Origin: Lepidodermella squamata
Lineage: Eukaryota > Animalia > Gastrotricha
Direction of reading: 5' to 3'
DNA: 64,000 nt
NCBI GenBank assembly: GCA_047495785.1
Contig: JBLDXI010000004.1
Location: forward strand, 1,798,001 to 1,862,000
The notes under the pieces were generated by a model. That model was not told where the DNA came from and searched no databases. It saw only the letters and a program-made list of their open reading frames with translations. Of this stretch, positions 56,509 through 64,000 are shown in pieces. Made by a program: the position numbers and the translations under genes. Positions within the stretch are counted from its first letter, which is position 1. Each line of letters starts with the position of its first letter.

Positions 56509-58373
56509 ATGTCGATTTCATTGAATGCAAGCGTGCTGGAGGGCGGGTCGTGGATAGTAGCAGATCTGCCAGATCTCGGTTTCGACGGACCGCGGCCGTA
56601 TTTCGTGGGGTGGGCCCACGACCTGCGAACCCAGTCAATGGAAGAACGCCTGCCTTACGTGATTCTAACCGGCCTGTTAGCAGTTGTCGGCACTATCGCT
56701 AGCCTGGCGAATGTCGTCATTTACTACCGGCGCAACGTGAATCGTGACTTTTTCATCCTGAACTGCATGATCGCTGCTAGGAACTTGTGCTTCGTCGCCA
56801 ACTGGATGTATGCGCTGCTGGTGACCCTGTCGACCGGCTACTGGGAAGCGAACGACATCGCCTGCCAGCTTACATTTTGGCTCAGTTCCTTTATCGGCAG
56901 TTACGGCATGCTTCTTAATCTGCACATCAGCTACGAGCGGCGTGTTTGCGTCGCCTCGAACAGCATCCATCGATCTAACACTCTAAAGGTATGACCTACT
57001 GCTAGTGCATCGTTATAGCTTCGATTTGCAATGTCGTAGCGGAGTGGTTGAAGAGTTTGATACTTCTTTGAATCACGATGGTTCGATTCCATCTGAACTC
57101 ATCATAATTGTTTAAGATATAACATCTGTCACCCAAGATGATGAAAGCCATTTGCGTTTTCGCCCATTTGAGGCGCCGCAAATAAATAAGGCCGGAGTCA
57201 TTGCGTAATTGTCGCGTGTAATGCGCCTCGCACGCGTGCGTTAAGTGTTGCGAGCTCGCCGCTTTGCCGTGGGATCAACTGGTTACACGCCGGAAACGCT
57301 TTCAAGAACTCGGTCACTAAAGAACGTCAAGAACTTTCAAGATGTTCGGTCACTAAACTGTGCCGTTGAGACACGCAGGATGTAGTTAATGCCCCTATAT
57401 CCTATATAAATAGGAGGTAGCTTTGCTGTCCACTTCTGCCAAATGGCTAGTAGCTAAGAGCTATTGTAAGTAGGGATCGTTTTTATCTCAACCATCAACC
57501 ATTTGCTGCAACCTATAACGTGTGGTGACATGGCCGCGTATATATATATATATATATATATATATTTTCGAAATGTTAAACATCGAATTATTTAGAGACC
57601 GTCTGACTGCCTATCTGACTTTCATTCCAAGACCTAGAACTAAGAATACCAATGCATTTTAAGTTGGACAAACAGTTATCCAGCCTAATTAATGTCTGAT
57701 TTTCAATAATATTTTCACGCAGCTGTTCGCGATGGCATCGGGGATGGCCATTTGTAGCGCGCTGTCTTGTGTCATCATGTCCTTCGCCCCGTTTCCAGTG
57801 ATGAGCGTTCAACAGCTGGCGCTAATCGACAGCAACAACAGCAGCAGCAGCAGCAGCAATACGAATCCTGTACGCATATGCGGGTTTTTTGTCAGTCGCC
57901 TCGCCGGCCCAGTCGACAGCCTCATCGTAGGAGTAGGACTTTTCATGTTCTATTCCCAGGCAGCTTGCTCAGGCTTGGCGTACAACTATTGGAAAGTTTT
58001 CAGAACTATCCGAACCGCTCGTTTGAGATTGCGAGGCGTCACTTCAATGGAAGACAAGTGGTATCGTAAAGAGTTGTTCATCGCCAAGCAGTCGCTAGCG
58101 GCTTTCCTCGTCTACTTCGCCTGCCATATGCCGCTGACAACGCACTTTCTCATGTCGCTTTTCTACCGCGAAGTTGGCCCCAGGCACGCAAGCGGCGACC
58201 TGCTCAAGTACAGCCTAATCTGCGTGTTACTTGAGATGGTTCTTTCTGTCTTCATTAGGACACTGAAGCCAGGATTCTACGATCGCTATCCAGCAATGAT
58301 CATTCGATTCGGCGCAACATGTCGCCCATTCAGTCTGCTGAAAGCAGCTCGACTACGCATCAGCCCGTCTTAA
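56509..58373 (+). CDS. 7TM receptor type B, intact (exons 56509-56988, 57723-58373; 376 aa)
   Basis: AAG|GTATGA ... CGCAG|CTG in frame; ISYERR; CAG-encoded poly-Ser loop. Confidence 0.8.
57028..57100 (+). mobile_element. tRNA-derived SINE head in GPCR intron
   Basis: GTAGCGGAGTGGTT (A box) ... GGTTCGATTCC (B box). Confidence 0.45.
57539..57565. repeat. (TA)n microsatellite
   Basis: Seen directly. Confidence 0.9.
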
Positions 58374-59232
58374 AATATCCACTTGAAAAATGAATGAAAA
58401 ATGAACGCATGCTATGAGGATTTTGTAAACCTTATTGATGCGCTGGAACATGTTCACAGTTTTCTGTTGACTGATTGATCGAGTCATTGAACAGAATACT
58501 ACTTTTTTAAGCAAACGATTGGTTGTTACAAACAATTTTTTGGTAGTTTCTCGCGAGTGAAAATTATTGTGTTGCATTGGTGAAAATTACATGACATTGT
58601 TACCAATAATGCGAGCGAAACGAGAAAACTTTGAGGATTTTCAACTAGAAAAGGCTTCGAAATCACCTAAAAATGAGGTTACAGCAGTCGCATTCAGGCA
58701 ATACTTCGATTTCGGTTGTTAAATTTGGTCCGATTGGTTGTTACATTTTAACATGTGTAACATGCTTAAAAACACTGTATTAAGTATTGCGCATATTCAG
58801 GTCGCCAAGGACTTCGAAGACGAGTGAAAAACGAGCAAGCGGAGCGAGGCGCAGCCGAGTGGTTCGCGAGTATTTCAAGAGTTTTTCTCCCGGTTTTTAG
58901 TTGCCTCAGTTTTGTGAATTGTGAAACCTTATCTCTGCATCGTGAAGGCTGACGGAGCAATGACAGGTAATGACAGCACAAAGTTTATGTGCGGATAAAT
59001 AACGAATTTTCAATGTCTCAGCTATGAAAAATGTCTCCGGACGGATGACACCCACGGGTCCCCTCGTCATTTCATATTGTGTCGACATAACCGGTATGCG
59101 GTACAGACGATTGAATAATCTTCAGCACAATGCAGCAGTATAGAACGGAAACATAAAGCTTTTCAAAAAAAGCAGATCTGCTATCAGCTATCAACTATCA
59201 ACAGTGTAGAGCTCACATTCCAAATCCAACAG

Positions 59233-60721
59233 ATGACGACGAATTTATCGAACGCAACGATTGCAGAATCTATGCTACCACTCACAAGTTCGTGGATTCT
59301 GGCTGATTTGCCTGACCGCGGTTTCAACGGCTCGAGGCCGTACTTCATCGGCTGGCTGCACGAACTGAGCAGTGAGTCGATTGAAGAGCGGCTGCCGTAT
59401 ACCCTGACAGTCGTGATTCTAGCCATTCTCGGAAGTCTAGCCAGTCTAGCTAATGTCGTAATCTACTACCGCCGTAATGTTAAACGAGATTTCTTGATGC
59501 TTAGCTGTTTCGTAGCTGTTAGGAACGTTCTATGGTCCCTCAACTGGTCCTACGCGGTGCTAGTGACGCTGAGAACTGGCTTCTGGGAGGCAGGCCCAGC
59601 AGCTTGCTTGGTTGTATTCTGGAACACGGCCTCTTTGGGAACTTTCGGCTGCTTCGCGAGCATGCTCATCAGCTACGAGAGGCGGCTGTGTGTCTGCTCG
59701 ACGGCTCTGTACCGCTCAAGCTCATTGAAAGTAAGTGTCATTGCGGGAAAATGGTTCCTAAAACTCTCATGAGAATCACCCATGAGGAATGTTTCTTGAT
59801 GTATTCCGGTTCATAATTATAAGTTGGGATTAAATGGATCAAATTAGGAAAATTGTTTAAATTTACGCGAAATTTTACAGACTATGGCGAACCTAATGAG
59901 GCTAATGGTAGAGTGATGAGCAGTCTTTGCCTCCCTCTGTAGAAGCTCATCTGAGATTGTTGATATTATTATATTTCGGAATTTTAAATTCAGCTCGTCC
60001 TTCTCGCCGCTGGGTTCCTGCTATTCTGTGGCGGATTGTCGATAGTTTTCATCTTCGTGCCGTACCAGTCGCTCTCTGTCCAACGACTAGTGATCACCGG
60101 CATAAACAACAATACAGCTGTCTCGTTGTGTGGCTCTTTCCCCTATAAATTCATCGGCGACGCTGATACTGTTGTCATTTCTACGGTCTATTATCTATTC
60201 GCAGTACAAGCATCTTCAATCGGATTGGCGTACAACTACTGGTGAGGAATTTCACTCAATTAGATGGATTCCTATGTTTTTTGTTTAATGTTACTAGGAG
60301 GCTGTTCGCTCATATAAGAGCTGCTCGCCTCGGATGGCGGGATCGTCCAATACCGAATTCCGAAAATTTGAAAATTCTAAAGAACTGGAGGCAACGTGAG
60401 GTTTTCTTCGCGAAGCAGTCTATCGCTGCTTTCTTGTCGTACAACGCATTCCACCTACCGCTAGCCGTACATTTCGCCCTACAGCTTGGCTATGTCGATC
60501 TCGGGCCGAGATTCGCCTCTGGCAGTTTCATGAACAACGGTCACGTGTGTCTCCTAGCAGAGTTGATCGTGTCTTCGGTTATCAAATCGCTGAAGCCGGG
60601 CTTCACGCGCAACTTGCCGTGGTCACGCCGCAACAACCAGGTGACCGCCGCTAGTATTGCCAAAGTCCCTACTAGTCCGTATCCTAGTCACAAATCACCA
60701 GCGACGATAAAAAAACTATGA
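59233..60721 (+). CDS. 7TM receptor type A (exons 59233-59730, 59994-60241, 60298-60721; 389 aa)
   Basis: Paralogue of 47569-49601 with the same intron phases and the same 248-nt exon 2. Confidence 0.8.
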
Positions 60722-62233
60722 TTGTCAGAAAGTAAAGCCAAATTTATAAATTACACGAAAAACATTTGATGAATCAAGCTGAAAAACTAATGTATCCCAG
60801 CGTTCGAAAACAATAGACCATGGGAGTATAGAAGTATCTCTAAAATCGATGGATAGGCGATGACGAAATGCGGAAGCTCATAGTTCCGTACAACGACGAG
60901 ACGCTCAAAAATTGTCGTTTCGATAATATTTCGCCACCTCCATCCGTGCATTCTGTGAACAAAAGCTTCATCCGAGCTCAAGCGGATAAGACCGGCCAAC
61001 TTCAATCTACCCACACGTGTCTCGCAAATCAAGCAAGCACAGCTGAAGTGGAGATGTGATTATCGAGCCTAGGCATCCCTCATTCATGTGTTTTGAATTA
61101 AATTATTCATCTTGCAAGCATTCTTTCTTCCGGCGGATACCTGTGCCGTTTATTAGAAGCAAGGCAAAGAAAGTGTTGGGCATTTTGGGCATTTGCAGTA
61201 CCAGCAAATCAGATTCGACATTTGGCGAAGCGGAAAAGTAAGGCCTACGCCGTATCACATCCGCCACTAACTTGAAATTCGACTCGATATGTGGCACGTA
61301 ATCTTGGGATCTTGTCTGGGATATTTCGGCTGAGCTCGAACGGAAGCCGACTACGCATCTTCAACCTTGAGGAATCTTAAGGAATAACCGCAGGAATAAA
61401 TAAATAGATATATAGATAAATAAAGACATTTATCCGTCAACTCTCACGAAAGGGAAAACAATAAAGAAGGAACAACACGAACAGATGTGCCGAGGAATAA
61501 AATGTACTTCGATGAACACACCCTGCTGCCTAACGCGATATTCACGCTGGTGACCTGCCAAGCAGAGCGCGTGGAAGACTAGTCTAGGGGACTGATCCTG
61601 GCCAAAACGAAATCGGTTCCCATCACACATAGGTATCGTTAGCGTCGATGAATAACTCGAATTTATGGCTGTTTACGAAAGCTTGAAGGTAATGAGTGAC
61701 AAATAAAAAATCGTTTGTTCTTTGTCTCTTCTTCACGTTGAAAAATGCCGCTTTTCACCTAACACACGAGACCTTGAAACCAATGTTAAAAAAAGCCAAA
61801 ATCTGGGTTATTCAATGACGCTAACGATATGGCAACAAAATGAAAATCTTATCTTGAAAGAGTGCACACCTGGTCGATAATTTGTATGTCTGTTTACGGC
61901 CGTCAAGGCTAAGCTAACGCGGAATCGCCTTCTTTTTTGTCAGCGATAGCGCAATTTTTTCGAAAAAATTGCTATCTAACACCGTCTCATTTGACATTCG
62001 AAACGCCGGTTTCAGGTCGCCGCGGAAATCACCGTTCAAGCACTCGAAACGTTTCCGTAGATGTTTCTGCATACAGGAATCTAACTAACCGGACGCGAGG
62101 ACATGATTTCTCCCCGCTAGTGGAGTGCTTCCTGTATTTATACAATCCTCCGCCTTCAACAACCGTCTCTCTATATCTATAAGTTGCAATAAACAGCAGG
62201 CGATGGATTTTGCTAGCTAGCGCCCACCCGAGC

Positions 62234-63785
62234 ATGTCAGTGCCGATGAATGCAAGCGTGCTGCAGGGCGGATCGTGGATAGTCGCCGATCTGCCAGACA
62301 ATGGGTTTGATGGACCAAGGCCGTATTTCGTGGGGTGGGCGCATGATCTGAGAACTCGGTCAATGGCAGATCGCCTGCCTTATACGATCGTAAGCGGCGT
62401 ATTATCAATTGTTGCCATTATCGCTAGCCTGGCGAATGTCGCCGTTTATTACCGGCGCAACGTGAATCGAGACTTTTTGCTACTGAACGGCATCGCCTCC
62501 TTAAGGAACATATGCTATGTTGCAACCTGGATGGGTTCGTTGCTGGTAACTCTGGCAACAGGTTACTGGGAGGCGAGCGACGCCGCCTGCCAGCTCACTT
62601 TTTGGCTCATTTCCTTCACCGGCAGTTACGGCTTGCTTCTCAATCTGCACATCAGCTACGAGCGACGTGTTTGCGTCACCTCGAGCAGCATACATCGATC
62701 TAACCCTCTCAAGGTACCTATGAACTACTTAGTAAGATAAAGAAGGGCACACGCAGTATTAATTATCTAGCACTATGCAAGGGGAAGAAATTGAAACCCG
62801 AAAAACAACCACAGGGAGCCCTTTGGTCTATAAATTGGGTAATAAAATACCCCATAGTTCGGGAATCCCATTCGGGAATTCCACCTTGGCCTGCCAAACT
62901 GGGGAGTACGATAGCCCCATCCTACCCCGTATCTTAATTCGAAGAAATAATAGCCAGTTTCTCTCAATGAGACCTACGCCAATAAAAACGGCCCGTATCG
63001 GGTTTGTTGAGCAACTTCCTTTATTATCTGTTTGATTGTCTGTTTCTTGTCGTGCGTCTCCGATGTGGCAAGTCCTACACTGCCTTGAAGGAAACCTTGT
63101 CTACTAACTGTTGATGATATTTTCACACAGCTGGTTGTGAATGGTTGTGGTCGTGATGGCATCGGGGATGGCCATCTGTAGCGCGCTGTCTTGTGTCATC
63201 ATGTCCTTCGCCCCGTTTCCAGTGATGAGCGTTCAACAGCTGGGGCTAATGGACAGCAGCAGCAGCAGCAATACGAATCCTGTACGCATATGCGGGTTTT
63301 TCGTCAGCCGCCTCGCCGGACCAGTCGACAGCCTCATCGTCGGAGTAGGACTTTTCATGTTCTATTCCCAGGCAGCTTGCTCAGGCTTGGCGTACAACTA
63401 TTGGAAGGTTTTCAGAACTATTCGATCTGCTCGTTTGCGACTGCGAGGCATCACTTCAATGGAAGACAATTGGTACAAGAAGGAGACTTTCATCGCCAAA
63501 CAGTCGCTCGCTGCTTTCCTCGTCTACTTCGCGTGCCATGTGCCGCTGACAGCGCACTTTTTCATGTCTCTTTTCTACCGCGAAGTTGGCCCTAGCCACG
63601 CAAGTGGAGACCTGCTCAAGTACGGCCAAATCTGCTTATTACTTGAGATGGTTCTTTCGGTCTTCATTAGGACACTGAAGCCAGGATTCTACGATCGCTA
63701 TCCAGCAATGATCACCCGATTCGGCGCAACGTGTCGCGCAATCAGTCTGCTGAAAGCAGCTCGACTACGCATCAGCCCATCTTAA
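62234..63785 (+). pseudogene. 7TM receptor type B with a 16-nt insertion at the start of exon 2 (exons 62234-62713, 63131-63785)
   Basis: Acceptor-to-MASG distance is 25 nt versus 9 nt in paralogues (tggttgtg duplicated); no alternative AG nearby. Confidence 0.62.
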
Positions 63786-64000
63786 AATATCCACTTGAAT
63801 GAAAAATGAGCTCATATTATGAGCATTTCGATAAACTTCGTGCTGCACTGGAACATGTTCACGGTTTTCTGTTGACTGATTGATCGATAGACTGAATTAC
63901 AAAAATTCAAGTGCCAAATCAGAAATAATTTGTTTACTTAATAGGGTCGCCACTAAAATTCAAGCGAAATGGAATTAGATTAACCTATTCCCACCAGCGC

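Noticed and set aside
31602-57100. Three tRNA-like segments (31602, 40333, 57028) as functional tRNA genes
   Set aside because: A and B boxes present but no consistent acceptor or anticodon stems; treated as SINE heads
47569-63785. 7TM genes as opsins because of Lys in LLKYG
   Set aside because: The Lys lies at the start of the last helix, is absent in the 59233 paralogue, and NPxxY context is missing

Overview
Eukaryotic (invertebrate animal-type) genomic DNA with short ~50-60 bp GT-AG introns; the host cannot be named from this window. (1) 2151-23484 is a complete, apparently intact 21.3-kb Maverick/Polinton (adintovirus-like endogenous virus). It has 300-bp terminal inverted repeats (AGCAGTAG...CTACTGCT) and a perfect 6-bp TSD (TTTGAA). 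Core genes are pPolB, a PLA2-integrase-chromodomain fusion, packaging ATPase, major and minor capsid, adenain-type protease, core proteins and a VLTF3-like factor. Inside the TIRs it also carries intron-containing genes: a secreted, probably GPI-anchored Ly6/uPAR three-finger gene in the left arm and two spliced genes in the right arm. Ten of its genes share a TCTAG/TCTAA motif, usually 11-13 nt before the ATG, and the protease looks translatable by -1 frameshifting at A_AAA_AAC. (2) 26-46 kb holds three minus-strand paralogues whose splice phases join a signal peptide, optional serine-protease homologue and CCP/sushi domains to a long ankyrin-repeat exon, predicting secreted ankyrin proteins. 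A RING-TRAF zinc finger-NHL gene lies among them. (3) 47.5-63.8 kb is a tandem cluster of six divergent class-A-like 7TM receptor genes, three apparently disabled. Many MITEs, a CACTA element, tRNA-like SINE heads and a LINE remnant are interspersed. All calls come from manual reading and motif recognition; no database search was run.
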